From Halocafeteria seosinensis (lineage: Eukaryota), in contig LVLI01000608.1 of the NCBI GenBank assembly GCA_001687465.1, positions 1 through 47,555 on the forward strand: a DNA stretch of 47,555 bases. The letters are read 5' to 3'. The notes below the pieces were generated by a model. It saw only the letters and a program-made list of their open reading frames with translations. It did no database searches and was not told where the DNA came from. The translations under genes and the position numbers were made by a program. Positions 35,147-47,545 of the stretch are shown here, in pieces; positions within the stretch are counted from its first letter, which is position 1; each line of letters begins with the position of its first letter.

Positions 35147-35825
35147 TGTAGAAAGCACTGTATAGAGAGTAAAGGAGGAATGTGATGTTGGCAACTTGGT
35201 CCCAACACTCGCTGCGAAAGACAAGGGTAAACTCGACCCTTTTGCGTCTGTTAGACGTCCTCAATCCAACCTATCTCTTATGTAACGAGTAGAATAGACG
35301 TTTGCAAATCCGGTAAATGCATCCGATTGAGAAGAGGAGCTCAGGAACCCTTCGAAATAACCTGTATAAAATCATGATTTCCACCGCACCCTCCCCGCCA
35401 TGGTGCGGTGCTGTTCCCGACCACGCCGCCCCTTGCACCGCACCCGCCAAAGCTGAAAGAAAAGTTTGCTCCATGTGTCCGTTTGAAATTCGCCAGAGGG
35501 CGGGTGCTTGCGCCCCCACGGGTCACTGGATTCCCTATGGCGTGCCCTCACAGGAACTCCTGGCATCTTTTTGTAGTTTCCTTGTACCGTTGGTTGAAGA
35601 AGGTAAAAGAAGAATTCTGTTGAGTATGGGCATAAAGGTGCCAAGAAAAGAGGAATTGGTAGGCGAAGAAGGACTCTTTGTATCTGTCACGAGATTCCAA
35701 GGGCGCACCTGTGAAACGCTTCATTTTTGTGTAGCTTTTCCCAGAGGAACACAACATTCTCTTGTCTTGGGGGACTATAAGGAAACGAATTCTCTTCGTT
35801 ATTTATACAGAAAGAGAGGCCAGAA

Positions 35826-36620
35826 ATGGCAGCTGTAGCATCGAATAATGCCCTCGGTACAGGAGGCGTAGAGGCTAAATTAACCACAAGTTTGGTATGT
35901 TTGAAAGCGGTGTATAATCCGCAAGCCAGTTTGTAATGAATATTTCATTCCCTTCACTACACACAGGATGACTTGGTGAAATCATCCCGTCCGAAAGGAG
36001 GTCAGAAGAAGGGGAATCAGCAGCAACGTAAAGGAGTGAAAGCGAATAAACGGGGAGGCGGCGCTGGTGGTGCAGGAGGAGGAGGTCCTGGAGCCAAAGC
36101 GAAAGCAGGAGCGAAGCAGCAAGCCCAGAAGCGAAATGCTCGGTTAATGCAACGCCGTGGTTTGAACGCCAACGCCAACAACAACATGAATGGGGCTCCG
36201 GCTGGACGCGGAGGAAGAGGAGGCCGTGGTGGACGAGGAGGAAGATTGAATCGAAGAGGCCGTGGAGCCGGAGGAAACAGCGCTCGAGGGATTACTCAAG
36301 CTTCCAACACTCCCTTTGTACCCCCTCCGGGAGGAAATTTGAGGATCACCATTCACCAGAATCCTCGCCCCAACAATAACAGCGGTGGCGCTGGAGGGAA
36401 TAAGGGAAATAACGCGAGTGGCCAAAACGGTGGAGTTCTCCCAGGATTCGGTGGCGTTCGGAATCGAGGAGTAGGTGGTGGACGAGGTGTTGGAGGTGGC
36501 GGACGCGGCGGTGGAGGCCGTGGTAGAGGTGGTGGCCGTGGAGGTGGAAATCAACGACGCGGAGGCGGTGGCAACAACAATTTTGTGATTAAACCGGGTC
36601 AGAACGCCCCTGCTTTTTAG
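35826..36620 (+). CDS. RGG-rich mRNA-export adaptor-like protein with an N-terminal UAP56-binding motif (ALYREF/UIF/CHTOP-like); 2 exons
   Basis: Exon 35826-35894 joined to 35967-36620 gives MAAV..EAKLTTSL|DDLVK, matching the UBM consensus (L.xSLDD[IL][IV]K). It is followed by RGG/GR repeats. No RRM is visible. Confidence 0.75.
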
Positions 36621-37304
36621 AGACGACGACGACGACGATTTGAGTTTGCAACGTTTAAAGCCTTTTTCTGGATGTGTATTCTTCAGCGTTAGAATACTGC
36701 CTGTATTCTGGTGATAACTGGGTGGATGTCCTCCCTTATCTATATTACGTCTTTGGCGGCTGACTTCGTAACAAGTAGACCTCGTTCGTTCCTTTGTCGA
36801 TCCAGAGAAGGAGAAAACAACTCTTTATTCGATGGCGGTTAGCCTTGATCATTGAAGACCAAAGCTTCATCCGTCGTCTGAGATATTTAATAATGACTAT
36901 TTTCGTTTGAAAAAAAACAAAATTATCAAGATGGCGTCTACCCGATGTTTGCGCACTCGGCTGGGTTGTCAACTTCTAGGAGGACTGTGTCGATTCAGTA
37001 ACACCATGGCTCACCTTGAATACCTTGGCAGCAGGTAGTGGGAATATGAAAGAATTAAACCAACGTTCCTGTGCGGTGTTACTCCTCCATACTAGAAAAA
37101 TGACGGCAACCCACCAGTGATGTATAACTCTCTTGGTACATGCTGCACCTGTTTAAGGCTCAGCTCAGGTATTCTATAACACCAGAAACAAGTGAAGCTG
37201 TTGGGTAAGACAATTTCGCCCACGACCATCAGTGGAGGCGGATTCTCCCTAATGCGCGGGGCGCTGAACTTCATCATCGTATGTTGCTGAAATGTCCTCT
37301 GAGC

Positions 37305-38867
37305 TCAGCTGATCATTCCATAAACTCCCATCGTAGATATGTTATAATAACAGCTGTCTAATTGTGCTGTTGGGGAGAACTCCACATTGAACTGTCCTGT
37401 GGCGGTCGTGTCGTCTTTGGATACCGAATCATCCTTCTTCAAGAACTCAGTGTCGGCACCATCTTGTCTAATGCTATGTGCTATCGCCTGCTGAATATTG
37501 TCTAGTAATGTCTTGTCATTCAAAAGATCAAGAGCAAAGTGAAGTCCTCTGGTTTTGTTCGTTTTATTTCGTCTTAAAGAAAAACGAGATGAACAACAGT
37601 AACCCCAGCCGAGCCCTAGCGCGCTGTGGGCGTCTTGATGAGCATGTTGAGTGGCAGCTTTGGGAAGCAGGGACCAGTCATTCTTGAGGGCAGGCTGTCG
37701 TTGTGATGATGCATCCTCTTTGTTAAACCCCGTTGCAACGACGTGATTCGTGGTGACAATGGCGGTATTATATTGATGTGCAAGCCTCTTGAGTTTCGCA
37801 GCTACCGTAAAAAGATAGTCTGTTTTCATTGCAGCTTCCTGAACAAGAAATGAGAAAGCCTTTGTTCTTGTACAGAATCATAAGGTTACCTTGTTGTCAG
37901 GCTATCTCACCTTGATAGAATGCTCGAACTCTCCAGAGAGCAAGGCCGCAATAGAATCGATAAAAATAATGTTAACATCTGGGTTTCTTTCCAACCAATA
38001 GGGAAGCTTTTTCTGCTATTTAGAAAGTAGTGAGCACTTCATAGTGTGTTGTCCACCGTACCAGTAACCAATCTATACATACTTCGAGTAGAGTACTGTA
38101 AAAGCCGTCCATATCTGAGCACTCCTCAATGAGGCATTTATCAATCCATTCGTCGATTTCATGGGACATTGCATTTCCGGAGGATTCATTTCGGTCGGCG
38201 TTCATAGCTTGCACTAAAGCTCCAGTAATTTGTCTCATTCGCTTCACTGGAAACCTCCCTTCGGTATAGAGAATCAGTGCAGTTCCACCCTGCCCTCCGT
38301 ATTTAATGGGAGTCGTGGCCTGAAGACCAAACGCACTTTACAACGGTGAGAACGAGCTGAGAAATTAACTCAAATTTCCACTTACGCTCAATGCAGTCTG
38401 GAGCACTAGCTGGGTCTTGCCAGCGGAAGCTTCCCCACTCAACTGCATGCAAATATGATACCATTACGATTACGTCTTAGGATTCCTGCTCAAAAGACAC
38501 CACGAACCTCCGTCAAAGTTCCTCGTCGAAATCCTCCTCCAATGGTGGCATCCAAGACTGGGCATCCAGTGGAAACATAATGCTTCAGGTACTGAGTCCA
38601 AAACTCTTGTGGACACTTTATATCCTCCTTAACCAGCTCCCATAGCGTAGGTCCATTACTGTGTAACATCAGGAATTCTCGAAGTCGTTCCCGTCTTTGT
38701 AGCCACGTATTCTCAGTTTCCCGTGAGCCACTGTCACTCCCATTCCCTTCCTTTAGTCCATTGCTAGTATCCTGGGCACCTTCATAATCCTCTGACTTCC
38801 TCTCTGTATCATCAGGTACTGAAAGGAATTCTCGCCATAAGTCCCTCGCATTTCTTCTTTTCTCCAT
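37305..38867 (-). CDS. XRCC3: RAD51 paralog, XRCC3-like; multi-exon, start uncertain
   Basis: STGCPVLDATIGGGFRRGTLTE|LSGEASAGKTQL (Walker A), LYTEGGFPVKRMRQI, IIFIDSIAALL (Walker B), LKRLAHQYNTAIVTTNHV, SALGLGW. Confidence 0.85.
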
Positions 38868-39177
38868 TCCTCTTTGCTACCTGATGTTCTAAATCCACCT
38901 ATGATTACTCATTCAGCCAGCTGAGTTTGAAACAAGAGGCAGGGATTCATGTATACCTGCGTGGTCATTAGCTTGCTGCTTGAAGCTGTATGTGAATGGA
39001 CAAAAAAAAAGACGCGATTCAAACGAGAAAACAAAGCGCATTTGCCTCAGATTTGACGCCTCTAAAGCGCGGATATACTCCCTACAGATGTATATCGTAC
39101 ATGCCTATCGATACATGATCAGTATATGATGTATATAGCCCAGTGAAAGCGCAAGCGGCCTTGTTTGAGCTCCCTGC

Positions 39178-42100
39178 ATGGCGCTTCGACGGCGTAAAGA
39201 GGAATCTACAGGGGTTTCATCCTCTATTCAGCAGGATAAATCGCACAATGAGTGCCATATGTTCGAGAAAATAGGGGATATATTCGCCAATGAGGCTCCG
39301 TCGACGCCCTATGATGCCAGAACCGCGAGGACGGACAGCTTTTCGGAGGAATATAACGAGAGGCAATTCTCTTCCCCTTATTCCTCTATATTAGAGATAT
39401 GCAAGCACATATTGTATAGTGAATATTTTCGTATTTTTTCATGCTCTGTATTGTGTCTGGCATGGCTTTATTCAAAAGGCTTTTTATGGACCTGCATTCT
39501 CTACATGTGCTATGTCATTGGAGGGGCCATTATAGCTGCATTGGGGCTGCTTTTGATACCGCCATCCGTAATAAAATACGGCATCTGGCTACGCAAGACG
39601 GCCAGACAGCAGTACGCCATCTGGAAAGGAAGTGAGGAATCCCATCGGAGAGTCACGCGAACCCAACGAAGCCGAAGTATTGCTCCGCACCATATGAAGC
39701 GCCCCTGGACCCCATCACCCTATAGGAGGGATTCCTTCCTCCCGACGCACGCCGAGGGGGAAGCCGAAGATGAAGAAGAACTCGAGGATGAAACGGCGGA
39801 TTTTGCCGACGCCGAGAGCGAAAGTATAAAATCTCTAAAAAGCAGCAGCAAGTCCTCGTCCACGGGAGAAGAAAGTGCACATCGGCGTGCCCCCACTTAC
39901 TTTGCGGACGGACGCTATGGATATCCGGGAGAATTTGAAGAACCCGAGCAAGAAGGGGAGATAAAACCTCCAGCAGATATTCTTCTGCAGCGGTGGCAAT
40001 TACCGGAACCGGTATCAGCTGAATTAAGTAGGTTCTTTCTTGCAAACTGCGCCTCTCGGTCACCATGTTTGAGTATGTTTTCTTCTTGCTTCTGCAGCAT
40101 ACTTGACGGAATTAGTGGTCAAAGATTTTATAGATAGTTGGTACACATCATGTGAGTGAACTTTTTGAGCAAATGTTTCTTGGTCAACGAAACTGATCCT
40201 ATTCATATTTCTGGATGACCACAGCGGTTTCGGAAAACCCGAAAGACACAAAGTTCCCTGACTACGTGCGTTACACCTTGGCCAACGCGATGGGCACGTT
40301 ATGCTATAATGCTTCGCAGCGAAATACGCTAGTGAGCCTTCTCGATAGTGTATCGAGCGCTGTTCAGTATCATCTGCACTGGTTTTCAGTGATGCGAAAA
40401 CGGGCCCACAACAAGTATCCAGAACTTTTCGAGGAGTGCCCCTCCGTGGAAAAAGGGGAGCAAAGCCTCACCAGTGAAGGCCCGGCGACGAAGCCCTCCA
40501 ATACTGCCACGCCGAACTCTTCAGATGTTACGGTGTCCGAATTGCGCAGGGCACCCTCCACGGGAATGCGTAGCGATAGCTCCCTGAGTACCCTCCGGAG
40601 TTTCAATGAAGACATGGGGAATTGGTCCAGAGGAGCTGGCGATACATATTCGAGCAATAACCAGTCGACCGAGACAGACCGAAATTGTGCTTCACACAAC
40701 AGTTTGTCATACGAGGAAAAGCAGATCAAGAAGCAGGAGTTGATCATGAATGAATTTGCCTCAACGAACGTCTTGCACAAATGCTGTAATGCTGAAGATT
40801 TCGGCTGTCTTGGATCCGCCTCGTCTCCAACAATGCAAAAGAAAACTGATGAAAAGCAGATGGCTTACTTGCGAAACATTTCAAACCAGCTTTTGATGCA
40901 TTTGCTCCCAGCTGATGAGATTTCGAGCTACGGAATTCAGCTTATTCTGACAGAAGTACTCTCCAGCTGTGTTGTGAACCCTCTAGTGAATTTAGTACGC
41001 CCTTCTGTGTGCAACCAGGTGTTTGTAAACTTCCTTCGAAGTACTCTTCAGAGTGGAAATCAAGATGATACCACTAAACAAACTTTGCAGCCGTCCCACA
41101 AACCACAGCAACAACGTCAGCAACATCGTAGTGGAGCTCAACTTCGGGAGTCACTGCATAAATACAACCTTGGGAAGCATCGACGCGAACCAGCAAGGCT
41201 AGTAGATGTAGCAAATATTTCTCTCGGCAGAAAAGAGGAATCGTTGGTCAACAAGGCTCTACGCACATGCCCATCAGGCTCGTTTGCACTTTGGGAATGC
41301 GCCTCGAATTTTTATAGGGAATTTAAAGAAGGAGATTTTGTCCTTTCGTTCGTGGTTAATCGACAGGATAGAACTCGTTCTCACTCGTTTCCAGCAGGCG
41401 ATAATGATTCATGCCAGCGGAAAGATACCTCCCGGAAGCAGATATGCCATGTAAGATTGAAGATTCAAAAGGATATGCTAGTGGTCCCGAAGAACGGTAC
41501 CAATCTTTTTAAGGATTGGTTAACTCCTAACCAACGTGTTTGCGTCAGTGATTTTGCCGAGTCGGACATGAGTCTAGAAAGTGCGGCTGGCCAATTTCCT
41601 CAGCTGTTGCAGTACTATCTTTCCGAAGTTCCCGTAGAGGATTGTCGAAGCGTAGAGTCGACGCTCACAAAGTTTCAACTCAAGAGAATAGTAGGGACTG
41701 GTAGAAACAGGTCACTATCTACCAGTGACACTCCATTACACACAGAAACTCTGACTAGAGGTAAGGACAGCTACTTGACCCAAGATAAGAACGCTCCTGA
41801 GCTTCGATACCCCAAGGAGTATCTCCCTCTTTGTTGGTCATTTCGAGACTTGAACGATAAGGATCTCTTCTTGCTAAAATCTCGGTACCATCCCCGAACT
41901 CTCTCTAAGAGTCCTTTGAAGAGAAAACCAAAAGTTGGAATGAATTCAGGGCGGTATCTTGCTGCTTCCCGGTACCTGACAGATGCCTTCCTGCAAGTTC
42001 CTCATCGACGAGAGTTGGTTCAAAAAGGGATCCTGCTGCCACGCCTTCCTCGCTTATCGGCCGCGATATCAAAAGTGAAGATGAAAGTACCAGAAAAGAA

Positions 42101-43802
42101 CCAAGGAATATTGCCTACCGCTGTAGCTTTTTATGAAGTCCAGGTGGAGGCAGAGTTTAATGAACTCGAACGACAAGATGATCCCCGAGTACTCGATGGA
42201 GATGTCGGTCCTCTCCGACCAGAGAGGCACGTGGTAAAATGGACTAAGTGGATTCGCTACAGAGACTTCCTTGCTTTGCATGAAAGCATCAGAGATCGCT
42301 TGAGTACTCCCAAGAGCCAGTTGCAAATATTTGGAGGGAAAGACCATTGGCTAACTCGACGCTACAGTTCTCTAGCGAAAATGTTCCCTCCAAAGCAAAT
42401 GCATGTCTTCCGAAATTCTGATGAACTTGTGCGATCGCGTCAGTTGGCGCTGAACGAATGGCTGTTTCGCCTATCAAATGATTCGATTTTTGGGAATTTT
42501 CATGAAGTAGTTTCCTTCTTATTGCCTTCGATAAGAGATATGATGCGTCTTCCATCACATTGGGAGAACATTGTGCTACGCCCGTACTACCGAAGTAGAC
42601 ACTACTCCTGGCAAGTGATAAGTAAGGAACTTGGCTGTCGGCGGGGTCGAATTATGAGTCCTTACACTGCCAATGCGCAGTCGAATCAACTCAAAACACA
42701 GGATTCTGACCAAAGCTCAGATTCAAAAGTCTCAGATGCCATTCCCTCAAGCTCCCCTTCCCGAGGTACTCTGAAGAGGGCGAATTCTGATAGCAAGCTG
42801 AGTCAACTCAGCGAGCACCATGCGAAATCCCCGAAAGGGCAACAGCTAGCAACATATGATAGTAGTGAAAAGCAGGACGCACAAAATCGCACAAAGAAAC
42901 GCGAACAAAATGGAGTTACCCCCAAAGAACTAAGTCGAATGGAGGTGAGCATATTCGCTGTGCTTTCTGAGATGTTTGACCTGAGTTCCCAGTCTTGGCT
43001 AAGGAAGAATATCATATCTTTGTCAAGAACTGTTATTAAGCTCATTCTCGCCCAAAGCACGATTAAGAAAGCCGTCGACTTTTATAGCCGAGCTACGACT
43101 CCAGAAAAGGTGTCCTCTATTTTACAGTGGTTCCGGAATACACTGTGGCCCAAGGACACTTTTGCTATGCCTGTAGCGGAAACCCATGAACATGGGCCAT
43201 CTGAAGAGGAACAGTGGAGAGTAAGACGGCGACTCCTTAAAGAATTGCAGCATAATTTCCCTTCAGCGCTTGCCGGCGTAATTGGCAAAAAAGGCTCCCA
43301 GTTCGGACTGAAAAAGGTCCATGAGTTTCTCCAGTGTCCCGTTTTGCTAAAAAGCTTAACTATGACGGTATTAGATTGTGTCCTTCAACAGACATTTGAT
43401 GATCTCGATGTGTACGGCACCCATTTGACGTTGAAGAATGAAGCAGCAGATCAAGCAAAAGATGGTTCGACAGCAAGCGAGACAACCAAACGCGAGGGGT
43501 GGTCCTATAAGAGCGTATACAATACTCTCAAGGGCTTTGTACCTTCCTTCAAGGTCCGTCCCAGACGGGGCACTATCGGTCTTCGAGAAATACTAACACA
43601 TCTCCCAGGAGCCGGCCCTTCCTCTGAAAGTGAGTCTCCTCCCCCTTCTGATCAAAGAGAAGATACGAGTGGTGATGCATTCCCCATGAGTTCACGAAAA
43701 AGCGCCTCTATGGGTGATTCTAGCACCACCAAAGACTCGAAGAGCACTTCGTTGTTCCAGCGAACAGTGTCCCGGGTCAAATCATTCGTAGCCAAGAAAT
43801 GA
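39178..43802 (+). CDS. Membrane-anchored PXA-PX-PXC sorting nexin (SNX13/14/Mdm1 family) with an atypical central region; 3 exons
   Basis: Two N-terminal TM helices. PXA: LVVKDFIDSWY..SENP..FP and ILTEVLSSCVVNPLVNLVRP. PX: IRYRDFLALH..FPPK..RQLALNEWL..VVSFL. PXC: EMFDL..SWLRK..LRNTLWP-like and LQCPVLLKSL. Two short introns lie near 40028-40098 and 40152-40224. Confidence 0.88.
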
Positions 43803-44039
43803 TGGCACCAATCAATCATAGTGTTAGTTTGGCAGTAATGCGACACATATCAATATTCTAACACGATTTGCTCTAAGCGTATGTTGGTACCGGGTAGAGA
43901 GCAGTGTGTCTGACGTCACTTCATCAAGACATAAAGCATAATCTGGTAGTGAAATTGTATTGTTTCCTTCACAGAGAATAACACCCAGTATACACGTCTT
44001 TGCGCGGACGAGTGATAATTAAAAAAAAGGAAAAAGGAA

Positions 44040-45367
44040 ATGCAACAGGAGGCTTGGTATGCAGCTGCCGGAGGCGTCGTTCTGACTTCCACAGCTCTCT
44101 ACGGCCTCCGCAAATACTTTGCCGGAGGCGTTAACCCCCACCGCAATGTCGACCTTCGACAAAAAGTCGCGATTGTGACGGGTGCCAATACCGGCATCGG
44201 CTACTGGACCGCCTGGGAATTGGCACGCCTTGGATGCGAAGGTACGGCCGTAGAACACTCCAAGCCTGGAGAGCTGAGTTCCACACCTCGAAAAAAGATC
44301 CGTTACGGTTTGGGTTGCAGTGATTCTTGCCTGTAGGAGTGCGAAGCGCGCCGAGGATGCACGAACCCGCATGCTGGAAGACTTGCAGACGCGGGACGAC
44401 TGTTTTGATCGAGCTCACTTGCAGGACAAAGTGAAATTCATGGAGCTGGATCTCTCTGACTTGGACAATGTGCGAACTTTTGCCAAGAACTTTAAGGCGA
44501 AATACAATCATCTGGATCTCTTGATTAATAATGCCGGTGTCATGATGCCGTTGCAGTATGTTTCTTTGCCACGTTCGCTGCGTATTGCAATTTTCACTTT
44601 GTTGGTAACTAAATACCGGCGTTTTTGCAACTTGCAGACGACAAACTACGAAACAAGGATACGAATTGCAACTGGGAACGAATCACCTCGGACATTTCCT
44701 ACTAACTCGAGAGCTCTTCCCGGTGCTTAAAGCGGCGTCTCATGCTCGTGTTGTGAACGTTTCCTCCAAGGCACATGAAAGGTAAGCAACTTCAGGCTAG
44801 AAGCGAGAGCCGAGTCATTATTACTATACAATTCTGTACAGGGGAAAGATCTATTGGGGAAATCTCAACTTTGAAAAAGAAGGGTCTTACTCTCCGATGG
44901 ACTCCTACTCTCAATCAAAACTCGCAAATGTGCTATTCACCAAAGAATTAGCCCGTCGCACTAAAGGAACTGGAGTGGTCACCACCAGTCTCCATCCGGG
45001 AGTTGTCGAAACTGAACTCGTAAGAACTTACTAGTTAGTTCGGTTTAACACCATCTGACATTAACCTTGTGTCCCGGACACTCTGCTGCAGACAAGATAC
45101 TTACAGGAAAGCACTATGGTTAAACTCCTGTTTCCTCTATCGCTACCCGTTCGGAAATTGGTTTTCAAAGACTCGTGGCAAGGGGCTCAAACTTCCCTCT
45201 ATTGTGCCTTGTCACCAGAAGGCGGACAAGAAGCATACAGCGGGTTGTATTTTTCTGACTGCAAAGTGAAGGACTCTCCCAATCCTCACGCGCACGATGA
45301 GGAACTAGACAGGAGGTTTTGGCTAGAAAGCTCTCGCTTGCTTGGTCTTTCGGAAAATCTTGAATAG
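44040..45367 (+). CDS. Short-chain dehydrogenase/reductase, retinol dehydrogenase 11-14-like; multi-exon
   Basis: [57 protein letters not shown] (YxxxK), [29 protein letters not shown]. Confidence 0.93.
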
Positions 45368-45649
45368 TGGTAGTGGTAAAGTATAGTATTTAATTTCTGT
45401 GCCGATCTATTTGCAATTGAAGATCTTGAGAATAATGGCGACTGTTAATGCAAGAATTTTGAATGGAGACTTTCCGGATGAAGACGGAAATCCAATACTT
45501 ACACGGGTTTCTATATACTCCAAGGGCTTGGTCATTCTATGCAACCCCCTTGAGGAACGTGACTTGTTTGGCAAACTTTGTGTAGGTTCGATTACACAGC
45601 TATCAATGATCGTCAATAACCCTAAGCAAGCGATAGAACTAACCAAACC

Positions 45650-47423
45650 CTATTGTACGGTGCAACAACCTGTACAACTCTTCTTGTTCTCCATGTGGGC
45701 TACCCGCGCACGCAACTCTTTTAGCTCGCGCTCACGTTGCCTCTCCAGTTCGATGGATGAGGTTGTACTCTTGGATGCGGGGTCATTAAGAAAGAAACTG
45801 TATTTCCCAGCAAGAATGACCCATGTCAACACCGTCCAGGCCCATTACATCCGCACTATCCAAGAACTCTTTACACCTGACCGCGAGGACGATATCTTTT
45901 ATCAACTCGCTTTCATCACTACCCAGTCGAACATCTCCGTTCAATAGTCGAATAACTAAAGCAGCAGCGTCTCTCATGCCTTGAATTGCTCCGACGTGAG
46001 ATTGTACAGCTGTAATTCCTCCAAAGATTTCCTGTGTTGTCTCATCGCATTCCTCGGCAGCAACTGTAACTTGAGTGAGGTGTCCACGCTTCAGTTCAAA
46101 GTGCCGCCATTCTTCAGGGTTTCCTTGGGAAGCAAGTTCTAGCGACGTTTTCCTCAGAGCTTCTTCTGTAATGCACCTTGCGTCCTCTATATTCTCTGCT
46201 TCATTCTTCCGATTAGCTCCAAGACTCCAGTCGATCGATCGGATCACGATTTTAGCAAGTTTCTGGAAACCTTTAGGAAAAAAATACTCTACCAGAGACT
46301 AGTCACTCGGCTTTCCCAAACGCTGTCAGCTTTCCTCGAACCGCGCTTCTATTTCTTTGCAATGTTGCTGTTCTATTTTGTTCCGAGCCATTATTGTCCT
46401 TGTCTTCCTCTTCCTCGTTGCTGGGTCCCGCGGCTCTAGTTGCGGCAGATAGATCGGTTCCTTGTCCCACCGAGGAGCAACTGGATGCAAAACAATTCCT
46501 GAACGTGCTGACGAAGCTAGTGTGATACCCAAAACGCTCAGTATCCGTCTCCACAGTTTTTTAAGGTTTTCCCAATATATCCGCTCTTTCTCCCTTCCAT
46601 TGGCCAGCTTCTCGTCTTGTGCTTGTGTCAGTGCTTCCTCAAGAGCTTCGATACGGTTGATCGTATTGCGAATGAATTGCCTCTTTTGTGGCTGAGTGCC
46701 CTTTACCTGATTTCTGAATATGTCTCCCACTGCAGATATCATATCATCCGCGTTTTGGTTCTCCAATGTCGATAAGTTACCAAAAGCCTTCCAGCTAGCA
46801 AACTTTGCCACTCTGTTTAATGTACCATGCCTGTCTTCTTCCTCTACAACATTTTTGATGAATTCTCTGGTAGCTTCGTTGGTTCTTGGACTATACTTTC
46901 CTTTCTCAATCAAAGCGAATGCTTTACGAAAAGCCGTGGCGCATGCTTCCTCTTTGCGTAGTTGATGGAGCACGATGGCTTGTTCCACCCACTGCAATGG
47001 GTCTTCGGGTTCCAGCTCCAGCGCTTTCCCAGAGCAGCTTGTGGCTTCCTGCTTCTTACCCAAGTTATTTAACGCACTCGCTTTACTCGCATAAATGGAA
47101 GCATCTTGTGGAGAAAGCCGCGCAGCTGTTTCGTAACACTCCACCGCTTGTTCCTCATTCCCTAGACCTCTGAGAGCGTTTCCTTTGTTAAAATAAATGT
47201 CCGCATCCTCTGGGCTCTGTCGAAGAGCGCGATCGTAGCATTCAAGAGCCTGTTCATATTTACGCAGAGCACAGAGTGCTATACCTTTATTGATTAGCGG
47301 CTCTGCTAGTTTTGGGTTGATTTCTAATGCCCGCTCGTAGCATGATATCGCTTCTTCGCGTCCTCCGAGATCGTCGAGAACACTTCCCCGATGCCTCCTG
47401 AGCTTAACCAGTGCTGTGTTCCC
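45650..47423 (-). pseudogene. Disrupted TPR-repeat gene with helical C-terminal region and terminal CaaX; 5' end degenerate or missing
   Basis: About 5 TPRs at 47390-46900. In-frame TGA (46326-46328) and TAG (46299-46301) separate same-frame ORFs, and frameshifts are needed to use 46303-46554 and 45650-45832, which ends KKSCTGCCTVQ*. Confidence 0.65.
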
Positions 47424-47545
47424 TCACGGCGCATGTCAGCAAGGCTGCAGGAACAGCGGGCCCGTCGCTGCTTAACACGGGCGCATACCGCTCCTCGTTA
47501 AGAGGATGTGGTCAACTTCCCGGCCGGTGGGCTATCTGTCACATT

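Noticed and set aside
35317..35838. 173-aa + strand ORF in the divergent promoter
   Set aside because: Composition is not protein-like and it overlaps the start of the UBM/RGG gene in another frame.
797..45367. Alternative nuclear genetic code
   Set aside because: Conserved genes terminate at TAG, TGA and TAA at the expected positions and have no internal stops after splicing.
45399..45947. 182-aa + strand ORF after the SDR gene
   Set aside because: Its 3' half is antisense to the TPR relic and no motif is recognisable; it cannot be supported without expression data.
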